Assembly: GCA_017522205.1 (NCBI GenBank) | Contig: JAFWZS010000079.1 | Span: 5,928-69,927 of the forward strand | Reading direction: 5' to 3' | From: Clostridia bacterium | GTDB taxonomy: Bacteria > Bacillota > Clostridia > Oscillospirales > Acutalibacteraceae | DNA length: 64,000 nt | Shown here: in pieces, positions 17,437-27,459 of the stretch | Layout: the number at the start of each line of letters is the position of its first letter | Position numbering within the stretch: position 1 is the stretch's first letter | Notes under the pieces: generated by a model | The model's database searches: none | Told to the model about the DNA's origin: nothing | The model's input: only the letters and a program-made list of their open reading frames with translations | Made by a program: the position numbers and the translations under genes

Positions 17437-19488
17437 TTGATGAAAAGATTTAAGCGTATTCTCTCGGTTGTGCTTTCACTGGTAATTCTCGGCAGTCTTG
17501 CCATACCTGCATTCGCAGCAGAGGAAACAGGCATCACCGACCTTTCAGCGACGGTAAGTATAGGCGAAAAACTGCTTTCTGTATCATGGTGGGAAGCATC
17601 GGGCAAGCACTTTCTGTTTCTTCCCGCAGATGCAGATTTATCGGCTGTCACTCTGAATTTCACAGCTTCATCAGAGGTAACTTTTGACGGCGAGGCACTG
17701 CCCGACGGTATGGCTCTTAAGCTTGAAGAGAAGAAAACCTACAACCTTTTGTGCTGTGAAAATCAGTATTCTCTTACTGTGCTCAGATCGGAAAACATCC
17801 CCTCAATGCATATCACAACTGTCTCAGGCTCCATGGATGCCGTTCATGCTGACAAATCCCATAAGGAAGAAGCTTCAGTTGTTATTTCTTCCGACGGAGA
17901 AATCGTTCTCGAAAAGGACCTTGAATATATCAAGGGCAGAGGTAACGCCACCTGGGTTAATCCGAAAAAGCCGTACAATATCAAGTTCGATAAAAAAACA
18001 GACCTCTTCGGTATGGGCAAAGCAAAAAAGTGGACACTTCTTGCAAACTATCTTGATAAAAGTATAATCAGAAACCATATAGCCTTTTCACTGGCTGAAC
18101 AAATGGAAATCCCCTTTACCTCAAAGCACATTTATGTAGATTTATATATCAACAACGAATACTACGGAAACTATATTCTTTGCGAAAGTGTTGAGGTTGG
18201 CGAAACAAGAGTTGATATAGCAGACCTTGAAGGTGCAACAGAGGATGCAAATCCCGATATTGAGCTTGATGAGTGTACTCCCGGCGGTGACAGAGAAGCG
18301 GACTACCTTAAGCTTAAGGCTGACACGCAGAAATGGTACAACATACCTAACAACCCCGATGACATCACCGGCGGATATCTTCTCGAATATGAGCTTAACG
18401 ACAGATACATAGACGAAGCAAGCGGTTTTATTACTAGCCGTAATCAGACGATTGTTCTTAAAAACCCCGAATATGCAAGTGAAGCTCAGGTTAAATACAT
18501 AAGCTCATTCTATCAGGAGTTTGAGAATGCAGTTTATTCTGCTTCAGGATACAATGAAAAAGGCAAGCATTACACCGATTATATCGATGTGGAATCCTTT
18601 GTAAAAATGTATCTTTTCCAGGAATATTCAAAAAACCTCGACGCAGCTATCACCAGCTTCTATATCTATAAGGATGCAGGCAGCGATAAATTTGTAGCTG
18701 CACCCGTATGGGACTATGACAGAGCTTTCGGTGATTCGTACCACCGTTTCGGAATGGATAACGGTACTCCTGACGGCTGGTGGGCAGGTGTAATCTTCCA
18801 CTTCAGACCCGGCGCTGTCAACTCTCTTCCCACAGTCCTCAATGCCCTTTACCGACACGATGACTTTTTCGGTCTTTCTTCTCAAAAATGGACAGAGGTT
18901 TCTTCAGAGATTCTTAGTGACTCTTACATAAAAGAGCTTGGGGATTATTCCTTACTTCTCAAATCTTCGGCAACGATGAATGCTTTGAGATGGAATCTTT
19001 TTTCTACCAACGACACCGCAACAGTAGAAAATGAATATTTTGCTTTTGTAAAATCTAAAGTTATTGATTTCCTTACAAACAGAAAGACGTTTCTCGATAA
19101 AGGCTTTTCTGCTGACTCGGTGAGAATTTTTTATGAAGCCAACGGCGGAAAGGGCAATATGCTTAACGAAGGAGCTGTTCTCACAGGCGAAAGCATAACC
19201 CTTCCCTCTTGCGCATTTACTCATTCCTCGCTGATTTTTGATTCGTGGAACACCAAGGCAGACGGCAGCGGAACAAAATATAACCCCGGTGACACACTCA
19301 CTCTTGAAAAGACAAAAATCACATTCTATGCACAGTGGAAGGAAAAGCCTCAGCCTCCTGCACAGCCTGAGCCTCCCGCACCGCCGAAGCCACCCGAAAA
19401 AGAACCCGGCTTCTTTGAAAAGCTTATGCAAAGCATCCGTGACTTTTTTAATAGAATCAAAGAGTTTTTCGAAAATCTTTTCTCATAA
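17437..19488 (+). CDS. CotH-family kinase-like protein with Listeria-Bacteroides (InlB-B type) repeat and Pro-rich tail
   Basis: Signal peptide; CotH blocks (PYNIKFDKK, KKWTLLANYLDKS, DLYINNEYYGNY); a FYEANGG...FDSWNTKADGSG...FYAQW repeat. Confidence 0.75.
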   Translation: MMKRFKRILSVVLSLVILGSLAIPAFAAEETGITDLSATVSIGEKLLSVSWWEASGKHFLFLPADADLSAVTLNFTASSEVTFDGEALPDGMALKLEEKKTYNLLCCENQYSLTVLRSENIPSMHITTVSGSMDAVHADKSHKEEASVVISSDGEIVLEKDLEYIKGRGNATWVNPKKPYNIKFDKKTDLFGMGKAKKWTLLANYLDKSIIRNHIAFSLAEQMEIPFTSKHIYVDLYINNEYYGNYILCESVEVGETRVDIADLEGATEDANPDIELDECTPGGDREADYLKLKADTQKWYNIPNNPDDITGGYLLEYELNDRYIDEASGFITSRNQTIVLKNPEYASEAQVKYISSFYQEFENAVYSASGYNEKGKHYTDYIDVESFVKMYLFQEYSKNLDAAITSFYIYKDAGSDKFVAAPVWDYDRAFGDSYHRFGMDNGTPDGWWAGVIFHFRPGAVNSLPTVLNALYRHDDFFGLSSQKWTEVSSEILSDSYIKELGDYSLLLKSSATMNALRWNLFSTNDTATVENEYFAFVKSKVIDFLTNRKTFLDKGFSADSVRIFYEANGGKGNMLNEGAVLTGESITLPSCAFTHSSLIFDSWNTKADGSGTKYNPGDTLTLEKTKITFYAQWKEKPQPPAQPEPPAPPKPPEKEPGFFEKLMQSIRDFFNRIKEFFENLFS

Positions 19489-19495
19489 TAAAACA

Positions 19496-19531
19496 GAAAA
19501 ACAGCGTGCCGACCGGCACGCTGTTTTTTTA
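19496..19531 (+). terminator. intrinsic terminator
   Basis: acagcgtgcc-gacc-ggcacgctgt followed by T7. Confidence 0.85.
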
Positions 19532-19593
19532 TAGCAATATTATGTTTTTCTTTTTAAATACCGGCGTAGTTCTCTGTGCTCGGTTCTCATTTT

Positions 19594-20634
19594 TTACGGA
19601 ATAACAAAGCCGACCTTTTTCATAACCTTAGTAAGGGTTCTGTCGGAAATTCTTGTTGCAAGCTCTGCACCCTTTGCCTGAAGATTTTTAAGCTCTGCGG
19701 TGTCCTTCATATAATAATCGAACTTTTCACGAACGGGGCGAAGCTCTTCAATTACTGATTCAGCAACAGCGACCTTGAAATCACCGTAGCCCTTGCCTTT
19801 GAATTCTGCTTCAATCTGCTCATTGGTAAGACCTGTGCAGCAGGAGTAAATGCTCATAAGGTTGTTTACGCCTTCCTTACCCTCGCCGTAATATACACCG
19901 CCCTCGCTGTCGGTAACGGCACTTTTGATTTTTTTCATAATCTGCTCGGGTGTGTCAAAAACAGAGATGTAGCTTTTGGGGTTGGGGTCAGATTTGCTCA
20001 TTTTCTTTGTGGGATCCTGAAGGCTCATTACTCTTGCGCCGCTCTTTCCGATATAGGGATCGGGAATGGTGAAAGTCTTGCCGTAAATTCCGTTGAAGCG
20101 GTTTGCAATGTCTCTTGCAATTTCAAGGTGCTGCTTCTGGTCTGCACCAACGGGTACAAGGTCAGCCTGATAAAGAAGAATGTCCGCAGCCATAAGCACG
20201 GGATATGAGAAAAGCCCTACGTTGATATTATCAGCGTGTGAAAGTGACTTATCCTTGAACTGTGTCATTCTTGACATTTCACCGAACTGTGTGTAGCAGT
20301 TAAGAATCCATGCAAGCTGAGCGTGGGCAGGAACCTGACTCTGCAGGAAAATGATGCTCTTTTCGGGGTCAAGACCGATTGCAAGAAGAAGTGCGAACAC
20401 CTCGTTACTCTGCTGTCGGAGCTTTTTCGGGTCCTGTCTCACGGTGATTGCGTGTAAATCTGCAACGGCAAAAGCACCGTCAAAATCATCAGCAAGTGCC
20501 TTCCAGTTTTTAAGTGCACCAAGGTAGTTGCCCAGGGTGGGAATACCCGAGGGCTGAATACAGGAGAGAATTTTCTTTTTTCTTTCGGGCTGAGTGTTCT
20601 CAGCAGTAATGATTTTTTCTTCCATTTCTGTCAT
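19594..20634 (-). CDS. trpS: tryptophan--tRNA ligase
   Basis: Class I motifs (PSGIPTLGNYLG, KMSKSD) and TrpRS length. Confidence 0.9.
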   Translation of the reverse strand: MTEMEEKIITAENTQPERKKKILSCIQPSGIPTLGNYLGALKNWKALADDFDGAFAVADLHAITVRQDPKKLRQQSNEVFALLLAIGLDPEKSIIFLQSQVPAHAQLAWILNCYTQFGEMSRMTQFKDKSLSHADNINVGLFSYPVLMAADILLYQADLVPVGADQKQHLEIARDIANRFNGIYGKTFTIPDPYIGKSGARVMSLQDPTKKMSKSDPNPKSYISVFDTPEQIMKKIKSAVTDSEGGVYYGEGKEGVNNLMSIYSCCTGLTNEQIEAEFKGKGYGDFKVAVAESVIEELRPVREKFDYYMKDTAELKNLQAKGAELATRISDRTLTKVMKKVGFVIP

Positions 20635-20644
20635 CCTTTCGATA

Positions 20645-20875
20645 ATAAAAAAACCTGCTCCGAAAAAGGAACAGGTCTGTCTGTTTTAGCCACCTTTTTT
20701 CACGTACATTTATACGCTCTCATCATAACGGTTAGAGTTTCCGTCGACGCCTACTCTTTTTTCGGGCCGCCCTCACAAGTCCATTCGTCTTTTCTTTCAC
20801 TGCTGCTTTCCACCCTCTGCAGCTCTCTGTAAGCTTCCGTAAAGATTACTACTCTTGTTCATCGGTTTAATTTAT
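20645..20875 (-). promoter_or_regulatory. T-box leader, Trp specifier
   Basis: On the minus strand: AGAGAG stem-I base, GAA-TGG-A specifier (TGG at 20781-20783) and an F-box-like AACCGTTA. An AGGTGGCT T-box core is followed by the terminator cctgttcc-tttttc-ggagcagg plus T7. Confidence 0.7.
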
Positions 20876-20882
20876 TGTAGCC

Positions 20883-20911
20883 ATTATAAACCAACGGCTT
20901 TGTTTTGTCAA
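20883..20911 (-). promoter_or_regulatory. sigma-A promoter of trpS leader
   Basis: TTGACA-17 nt-TATAAT (consensus) on the minus strand. Confidence 0.65.
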
Positions 20912-20914
20912 GAT

Positions 20915-21349
20915 TTACAGATACTTTTTGAGGCTGTCGCTGAGGTTTTCCTCTTCATTTATAAGGCGTTTTGCAAGGCGCTTTGATTTGTCGTCAGCCT
21001 CGGTGTAATCGTTGAGATATCCCGTCAGCTGCTTGATTCCCATATTGCATCCGTCAAGAATAAGGGAAGCAATGGTTTTATCACTTTCGTTCATCATCAT
21101 TTTCATATTGATTTTTGTCCACGACATCATTTTTGCCATAGGCGACGGGTCTTTTCCGTCACCCTCAATTTCATCGAGATATTCTTTTATGTCCTGAATA
21201 ATCAGCTCGTGTTCCTCTGTACTTTTTGTAAGCAGAGCCAACAGATCCTTTGATTTTACGTTGTCAAGAACCTCTTTGATTGAGCTTACGGCAGTTTTTG
21301 TTCCTGCGTCACATTCTTTTAAAAGCTTAATTGTATCCTCGTTTGGCAT
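20915..21349 (-). CDS. hypothetical all-helical cytoplasmic protein
   Basis: 144-aa ORF with a GGAG RBS. The helical, acidic sequence fits no family I can name confidently. Confidence 0.45.
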   Translation of the reverse strand: MPNEDTIKLLKECDAGTKTAVSSIKEVLDNVKSKDLLALLTKSTEEHELIIQDIKEYLDEIEGDGKDPSPMAKMMSWTKINMKMMMNESDKTIASLILDGCNMGIKQLTGYLNDYTEADDKSKRLAKRLINEEENLSDSLKKYL

Positions 21350-21418
21350 ATTGAATCACTCCTTTGCTTTTAGTATTGACGGAAAACGGGGCGGTGATAC
21401 AGGGGAAATGAGTTAAAC

Positions 21419-21527
21419 CGGTGAGTGGGGCGCCGATTGAGCAGTTTCCTTCAGGGAAACTGCTCAGTTCCGCCGAAGGCGGAACGCCCCCGGATTTTTC
21501 CGGGGGCATCGGCGCCCCTGCCCACCG
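21419..21527. other. GC-rich perfect four-way-junction palindrome (candidate structured RNA or DNA cruciform element)
   Basis: Outer stem 21427-21437/21508-21518 encloses three abutting perfect hairpins (21438-21466, 21467-21485, 21486-21507). An extension pairs 21419-21423 with 21523-21527. Confidence 0.6.
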
Positions 21528-21615
21528 CAGGAGAATGACTTGCCTTTTTCTCTGAGCCCCGACCTTTAAAGCACAATTTAAGTGGCTCTGCTATATTCTA
21601 AAGTGAATTAAACTG

Positions 21616-21644
21616 TTGCATTTTAAGTAAATAGATGTTAAAAT
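21616..21644 (+). promoter_or_regulatory. sigma-A promoter candidate
   Basis: TTGCAT-17 nt-TAAAAT, 30 nt upstream of the TTG start at 21675. Confidence 0.5.
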
Positions 21645-21674
21645 GTATCTATTAACCTAAAGGAGGTTTTCGTT

Positions 21675-23156
21675 TTGGACGAACTTAAAAAAGATGAAAT
21701 CCTTGAAGAATCCGAAGAAGCAGTTGATGCAGAAGCACCTGCAGAGGAAACCGTCGAGGATGTAGAAACTGATTTTTCAGAAGAAATTCCTGAAGCAGAA
21801 GAAATCGTAGAAGAAAAATCCGAGCTGGAAGCTGAGCTTGAAGAAATCCGTGACATGTTCCAGAAGGAGCTTGATGCAGCTTCTGACGGCACAGATGAGG
21901 TTCTCATTCAGGAGCTTGAGGATGAAGCTGAAGAAAGCGAAGAAGAGGAAGAATTTGTTCCCTGCGACTGCTGCGGTGAAAATCCCCGTTCAGTTTCCTA
22001 CGGTGAGGATTATCCATACTGTGATTCCTGCCGTGAAGCTATGAAGCGCTATCCCCTCAGATTCAGCGGCTTTCTTACTCTTGTTATCAGCCTTGCACTT
22101 ATTGCAGGCACAGCTTATTTTGCAATGCCCACAATTGACAGCTGGATTCCTACCCTTGAAAGCGTTTCTCTTTATAAAGAGGGTAAGCTTTACTCTGCAA
22201 TTGAATCCTCATACTCCGCACTCAATTCTTCCGACAAAGAAAATATTTCAAAAAAGCTTGTGCGTGAAACAATTGATGCTTATGTTGCTACAGGCTATTA
22301 CAATGATGCAGTCGGTCTTATTGAAATGTTCTTTACTGAAACAGAGCTTAAAATGCCCTGGAATGCAAAGTACAATAAAATCATAACAGAAAACACAGTT
22401 TTACAGGAAACATATTATACTGTTTCAGATATAATCGAACCTGTTGCCAACGGCAAAGAGTACGACTACGACACCATTATAGCTTCTCTTGACGCACTTA
22501 AGGAAGTGAATCCCAAAGAGGAAGGCACAAGCACCGTTACAGAAAAATACAACGAGGTATTCATTGAATACTACAAATATGTTGTAATGAGCGTCAACGG
22601 AAAGAGCGTTGAAGAGCAGCTGGCTCAGCTTAAAAAAGTCCACGAAATCGGAGAGGGTTATGAATGGACTTACCTTTCAAACCTCTGCGGCATTGCTGCA
22701 AGAGCAGGCGACGAGGAAACAGTTAACGAGGCTTTTGAAAAGGCAATCGAAATCAACAAGGAAGACGTGAACGCTTATATTGCAAAGGCAAGCTACTACC
22801 GTTTCCTTGAAACTCCCGACGCTGACAAGATTCTTGAAATCTGCGCTGAGGCTGCGAAGAACTCCTACGGCGGCGACGTTTCCTATAAGCAGTATGAAGC
22901 AATTGCTTACCTTATCAAGGGTGAGGGTGCTATGGCTCTTGAAGCAATTGAAGAAGCAATTTCATCAGTTTATACCGTTCAGAGCTGCAACCTTTATGCG
23001 CTTTGCGGACTTTACAACGGCAACACCGATATTTACGATGAAATGAAGGATGTGCTTGAGGGCGCAGGATACGAACTCAGCCCCCTTGTTGAAAAATACA
23101 AGAAGGGCAAAATCACAATCGCAGAAATTATCGCTGACAACGGAGGTGACATCTGA
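21675..23156 (+). CDS. hypothetical protein: acidic N-terminus, CxxC..CxxC zinc ribbon, TM segment, TPR-like helical domain
   Basis: TTG start 9 nt after an AAAGGAGG RBS. CDCCGEN...YCDSC motif, one TM segment and a helical repeat region. Confidence 0.5.
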   Translation: MDELKKDEILEESEEAVDAEAPAEETVEDVETDFSEEIPEAEEIVEEKSELEAELEEIRDMFQKELDAASDGTDEVLIQELEDEAEESEEEEEFVPCDCCGENPRSVSYGEDYPYCDSCREAMKRYPLRFSGFLTLVISLALIAGTAYFAMPTIDSWIPTLESVSLYKEGKLYSAIESSYSALNSSDKENISKKLVRETIDAYVATGYYNDAVGLIEMFFTETELKMPWNAKYNKIITENTVLQETYYTVSDIIEPVANGKEYDYDTIIASLDALKEVNPKEEGTSTVTEKYNEVFIEYYKYVVMSVNGKSVEEQLAQLKKVHEIGEGYEWTYLSNLCGIAARAGDEETVNEAFEKAIEINKEDVNAYIAKASYYRFLETPDADKILEICAEAAKNSYGGDVSYKQYEAIAYLIKGEGAMALEAIEEAISSVYTVQSCNLYALCGLYNGNTDIYDEMKDVLEGAGYELSPLVEKYKKGKITIAEIIADNGGDI

Positions 23157-23677
23157 TGACAGGACTTTACATTCTCGTAAGATACCTCACATTCCCCGGT
23201 GCAATTATGAAGGGCTTCTGGCAGCAGGTTGTCTGCCGAATTTGCAAGGTTCCCGTTGAGGATAACAGATACCTGAGAAATGACGAAATGTGCGGCAATA
23301 TTGAGCACGAATTTATGCCGAAGGCAAGAGGCGCATTTGCACTCTGTTTTGTACCCGCTTTTATGAATGCACTTCTCTGCACCTTACTTATAGTTGTTCC
23401 CGAAATCGTTCTTCTTTTCGGTATCGGCGGTATTCCTCTTAAGGTTCTGAGTGCAGTTTCTCTCTGGTTCGGTATTTCCCTTTACCTTAACAGCTATCCC
23501 CTTATTGAGGATGCTATCAATATGATGAGCAAGGTTTACAAAGAGGGCAACATTCTGCAGAAGATTTTCTATGCACCTGCAGCAGCTCTTCTTTACATCG
23601 GTGCTTATCTTGAAAGATACAACATCACTCTCCTTGCTGTTGTTGCAGGAGCAGTTGCACTTGCTGTTTTGTTCTGA
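23156..23677 (+). CDS. hypothetical integral membrane protein
   Basis: Start overlaps the previous stop (TGATG). 3-4 TM helices. Confidence 0.45.
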   Translation: MTGLYILVRYLTFPGAIMKGFWQQVVCRICKVPVEDNRYLRNDEMCGNIEHEFMPKARGAFALCFVPAFMNALLCTLLIVVPEIVLLFGIGGIPLKVLSAVSLWFGISLYLNSYPLIEDAINMMSKVYKEGNILQKIFYAPAAALLYIGAYLERYNITLLAVVAGAVALAVLF

Positions 23678-23684
23678 TGAATAC

Positions 23685-23714
23685 TCCCTTTCCGCTTGTG
23701 AAAGGGAGTTTTTT
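23685..23714 (+). terminator. intrinsic terminator
   Basis: ctcccttt-ccgcttgtg-aaagggag followed by T6. Confidence 0.75.
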
Positions 23715-23715
23715 C

Positions 23716-23744
23716 TTGACAAATGTCATTTGTTGTATTATTAT
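23716..23744 (+). promoter_or_regulatory. sigma-A promoter of glyQS
   Basis: TTGACA-17 nt-TATTAT. Confidence 0.6.
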
Positions 23745-23793
23745 AGGTTAGTATATATTTTTTAGAATTATTATCCGAAAAGGAGTTTTTAAA

Positions 23794-25179
23794 ATGCTTA
23801 CCAACAACGAAAAATCAATGGAAAAGCTTGTTGCTCTCTGTAAGGGCAGAGGCTTTGTATATGCAGGTAGTGAAATCTACGGCGGCCTTGCAAACACATG
23901 GGACTACGGCCCTCTCGGTGTTGAGCTCAAGAACAACATCAAGAAAGCATGGCTCAAGAAATTCGTTCAGGAAAATCCCTACAACGTAGGTCTTGACTCA
24001 GCTATTCTTATGAATCCCCAGACATGGGTTGCTTCAGGTCACCTTGGCGGTTTCTCAGACCCTCTTATGGACTGTAAGGAATGTAAGACAAGACACAGAG
24101 CTGACAACCTTATTGAAGCTTTCGACGGCACAAACGTTGCAGGCTGGTCAAATGAGGAGATGCTGAATTACATCAACGAAAAGAACATCTGTTGCCCCGA
24201 CTGCGGTGCTCACAACTTCACAGATATCCGTCAGTTCAACCTTATGTTCAAGACCTTCCAGGGTGTAACTGAGGACAGCAAAAACGAGCTTTATCTCCGC
24301 CCCGAAACAGCTCAGGGTATTTTCGTAAACTTTGCAAACATTCAGAGAACAACAAGACGCAAGGTTCCATTCGGTGTTGCACAGATCGGTAAATCATTCC
24401 GTAATGAAATCACACCGGGTAACTTCATTTTCCGTGTTCGTGAATTCGAACAGATGGAGCTTGAATTCTTCTGCAAGCCCGGCACAGACCTCCAGTGGTT
24501 CGACTATTGGAGAAGCTACTGCCGTGACTGGCTCTACTCACTTGGTATGAAAGAGGAAAATCTCCGTCTTCGTGACCACGATAAAGACGAGCTTTGCTTC
24601 TATTCAAAGGCAACAACTGACTTTGAATATCTCTTCCCCTTCGGTTGGGGCGAGCTTTGGGGCGTTGCCGACAGAACAGACTACGACCTTACTCAGCACA
24701 TTAACACTTCAGGTAAGGCTCTCGACTACTTTGATCCTACCACCAACGAAAGATACATTCCCTACGTAATCGAGCCCTCTCTCGGCGTTGAAAGACTTTT
24801 CCTCGCAGTTATGACAGAGGCTTACGACGAAGAGGTTGTTGATGCAGAAAAGAACGACAGCAGAGTTGTGCTTCACTTCCATCCTGCACTCGCTCCCTAT
24901 AAGGCAGCCATTCTTCCTCTTTCAAAGAAGCTCTCCGGTGAAGCTGAAAAGGTTTACCACGAGCTTCAGAAGAAGTTTATGGTTGAATTTGACGATGCAG
25001 GCTCAATCGGTAAGAGATACCGCCGTCAGGATGAAATCGGTACACCTCTTTGCATTACCTTCGACTTTGAAAGCCTTGAAGACGGTTGCGTAACAGTTCG
25101 TGACAGAGACACAATGCAGCAGGAAAGAGTTGCTATCTCAGACCTTGCAGCATATATTGAAAAGAAGATTGAGTTTTAA
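23794..25179 (+). CDS. glyQS: glycine--tRNA ligase (dimeric class II type)
   Basis: N-terminus [24 protein letters not shown], class II motifs, 461 aa. Confidence 0.9.
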   Translation: MLTNNEKSMEKLVALCKGRGFVYAGSEIYGGLANTWDYGPLGVELKNNIKKAWLKKFVQENPYNVGLDSAILMNPQTWVASGHLGGFSDPLMDCKECKTRHRADNLIEAFDGTNVAGWSNEEMLNYINEKNICCPDCGAHNFTDIRQFNLMFKTFQGVTEDSKNELYLRPETAQGIFVNFANIQRTTRRKVPFGVAQIGKSFRNEITPGNFIFRVREFEQMELEFFCKPGTDLQWFDYWRSYCRDWLYSLGMKEENLRLRDHDKDELCFYSKATTDFEYLFPFGWGELWGVADRTDYDLTQHINTSGKALDYFDPTTNERYIPYVIEPSLGVERLFLAVMTEAYDEEVVDAEKNDSRVVLHFHPALAPYKAAILPLSKKLSGEAEKVYHELQKKFMVEFDDAGSIGKRYRRQDEIGTPLCITFDFESLEDGCVTVRDRDTMQQERVAISDLAAYIEKKIEF

Positions 25180-25186
25180 TCAAAGT

Positions 25187-25218
25187 AAAAAGAAGTCGGC
25201 AAACGCCGACTTCTTTCA
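25187..25218. terminator. bidirectional terminator between convergent genes
   Basis: aagaagtcggc-aaac-gccgacttctt. Confidence 0.75.
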
Positions 25219-25221
25219 GTT

Positions 25222-25683
25222 TTATTCGTATTTTTCAATTAGCTCCTCGAGAATTTCTGCCGCATCATAGACCGCTTTTGCACAGGGTCTTTTAGTATAA
25301 TACTCAGCGTTTCTTTCGTCGGGAGTTGCGCTTTCCTTTTTTTCTGCCGCAATTTTCAGCATTTCACGGCAGATTATTGTGCCGCCGTGCCTTTCCTTAA
25401 AAAGGTCACAGAACTCACGGACAAGCTCGTAATTTGCCTTTTTTCCGTCGCTGTCGTTTCCGTTTTCTGCGGCTTTGACTGAGCCTAAAACCATAACTGC
25501 ACCGCTGACTGCTCCGCAGACCTCACGTTGTCTGCCCACACCGCCACCAAGACCGGCTGAAATTTTTTTGGCTGCGTCTTCGCTGATACCGAAACGGTCA
25601 GCAAAGGCCATAAACACACTCTGAGAGCAGTTGTAGCCCTCCATAAAAAGCCCCAGGGCTTTTTCTTTTTTGCTGTCTTTCAT
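25222..25683 (-). CDS. C_GCAxxG_C_C family redox protein
   Basis: GYNCSQSV, VCGAVSGA and C-terminal Cys spacing typical of the family. Confidence 0.7.
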   Translation of the reverse strand: MKDSKKEKALGLFMEGYNCSQSVFMAFADRFGISEDAAKKISAGLGGGVGRQREVCGAVSGAVMVLGSVKAAENGNDSDGKKANYELVREFCDLFKERHGGTIICREMLKIAAEKKESATPDERNAEYYTKRPCAKAVYDAAEILEELIEKYE

Positions 25684-25686
25684 TTT

Positions 25687-26334
25687 TTATCCTATAGGTG
25701 TCACAAGTGAGCTGCTTCTTACAACCGCAAGAGACGCTCCCGAACCTGATCCTTTCTGCTTATAAACTCTGTCAGCTGAGGGATAAGACATTTTCAGATT
25801 TTTATATCTTGCCCCTGCAATTCTCAGCTGAAGCTCACCCAAGGTCGGCAAAAGAAGATTTGCAAAGCTCTGACCGGTTGCTGTTTTCCATACTGCAAAG
25901 GTAAAATGCATACAGTTTTTGAAAAAATTCCAATCATTGAGAGAAAGAATTTTATCGCTTACCTTCTTAAGCGTATCGCCTGAGATTTTTTTAGTGATTG
26001 AATAGAAATCATGGTCACCGTATTTGTTGATACAGTGAGATTCAATATTATAATATACACCCTTGCCGTCATCTCTTGTGTTTGCAAAGGTACCGATTGA
26101 AACGCCTTCACCTACGGGTACCCAATAAGCCCCAACCTGAATAGGTCTGTCGGAAATATTATGTATGTATATCCATGTGTGTCCGAAAGAAGGAACTTCT
26201 TTATCTCTTGAGCAAACTGAAATTTCAGCGACAATTTGCTCACCGCTGTCTGCCGCAAAGGCGGGAAGTGCCACTGTAATAATAAGAACAAGACTTAAAA
26301 CTGCTGATATAAATCTTTTAAGGGATTTTTTCAT
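25687..26334 (-). CDS. secreted hypothetical protein
   Basis: Signal peptide ending ALPAFA. No family recognised. Confidence 0.45.
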   Translation of the reverse strand: MKKSLKRFISAVLSLVLIITVALPAFAADSGEQIVAEISVCSRDKEVPSFGHTWIYIHNISDRPIQVGAYWVPVGEGVSIGTFANTRDDGKGVYYNIESHCINKYGDHDFYSITKKISGDTLKKVSDKILSLNDWNFFKNCMHFTFAVWKTATGQSFANLLLPTLGELQLRIAGARYKNLKMSYPSADRVYKQKGSGSGASLAVVRSSSLVTPIG

Positions 26335-26413
26335 TTTCTTTTTCCTCCGAAAGGGTATTTTTTAATTGCCTTTAAAGTTTATACCCCGTTTGTTTAGGAT
26401 TCTTTAAAACAGT

Positions 26414-27136
26414 TTAAATCTTTGGTATATTACTGAGCTTTTCTATGAGAGCTTTCGCTGAATTTTCTTTAAGCTCAATTTCGCACTTTTCAGTCATAAG
26501 CTTCTCCAGATAATGAGCATCGCTGCTTCTTAAAAGATATCTGTTTTTTGTTTCGGCATATTTCTCTCTGTAAAGCTTTTCGTCAGCTTCATAAGTAAGC
26601 TCAAAAGCCGGTGTTTCAAGCCCCAAAGGAAAATCACCGAGGGCCGAAATAATGCTGTAGGAGTTTCTGTCAATATGTGCAGGGTACCATAATCCGCCGT
26701 AGTCCTTCATAAGCTCGTCAAGGCCTTCAATGCTTATTCCCGAGGCAGTTGTGAGAAGTAAATCAAAGGAGCCGAGGATGTTATCCTTTTCATCCATTAT
26801 GTATTGGTTGCCGAAAATTTTCTCTCTGTTTTTTACGGGCGGAAGAGTTGATTTTACATAGTCCGAAAAAGAGAGAGCGTTTTTAAGCCCGGGGAAAAGA
26901 CAGATACAATGAATTTCTTCACTTGTGCAAAGCTCCATACCCGGCACAACCGTAAGTCCGATATCCTCTCCCACCTTCATGGCACTTTCACAGTTGAGGC
27001 AAGTGTTGTGGTCGGTAAGTGCAATAATGTCACAGCCGCAGATTTTTGCCATATTAACGAGATTGTAGGGTGTCATCTCGTTGTCACCGCAGGGTGAAAG
27101 ACAGGAGTGGATATGTAAATCATAACTGAGCTTCAT
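26414..27136 (-). CDS. PHP-domain phosphoesterase
   Basis: N-terminus DLHIHSCLSPCGD...ALTDHNT. Confidence 0.75.
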   Translation of the reverse strand: MKLSYDLHIHSCLSPCGDNEMTPYNLVNMAKICGCDIIALTDHNTCLNCESAMKVGEDIGLTVVPGMELCTSEEIHCICLFPGLKNALSFSDYVKSTLPPVKNREKIFGNQYIMDEKDNILGSFDLLLTTASGISIEGLDELMKDYGGLWYPAHIDRNSYSIISALGDFPLGLETPAFELTYEADEKLYREKYAETKNRYLLRSSDAHYLEKLMTEKCEIELKENSAKALIEKLSNIPKI

Positions 27137-27459
27137 AAGAGCTTTGAAATTTCAATTGCAAGGTCATAGGCACTTTTTTCACTCTGGAAAACGGGAATCG
27201 ACATTGCCTCTGCCTTAAGTCTTGCATCCTCGTCAAGAGGTGCATTTTCCGTGAGCACCACGCATGCGCAATCGGAAAGCACACAAACCGCAATTGAGTT
27301 GATGTTGCCCATAACCGTCAGCCATACGTCATTTTCTTTTATACGGGACATAACCCAGGAAAGAAGGTCACCGCAATAGCAGCCTTCCGCATCTCTTTCA
27401 CTGTCGCCTTCTACGAGTACCTTAAGATTCAGCTTTTCTGAAAGCTCTTTAACCTTCAT
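27133..27459 (-). CDS. DRTGG-domain protein
   Basis: Start taken at MKVKELSEKL (ATG 27457-27459, GGAGAGGAG RBS). The 175-aa track ORF would overlap the upstream gene by 200 nt. Confidence 0.65.
   Translation of the reverse strand: MKVKELSEKLNLKVLVEGDSERDAEGCYCGDLLSWVMSRIKENDVWLTVMGNINSIAVCVLSDCACVVLTENAPLDEDARLKAEAMSIPVFQSEKSAYDLAIEISKLL

Noticed and set aside
21327-21509. 60-aa minus-strand ORF (MPPEKSGGVPPSAEL...) covering the GC-rich palindrome
   Set aside because: It has no RBS. It overlaps the start of the 20915-21349 gene, and its Pro/Gly/Ser-rich sequence is simply what palindromic GC-rich DNA translates to. It is treated as non-coding structure.
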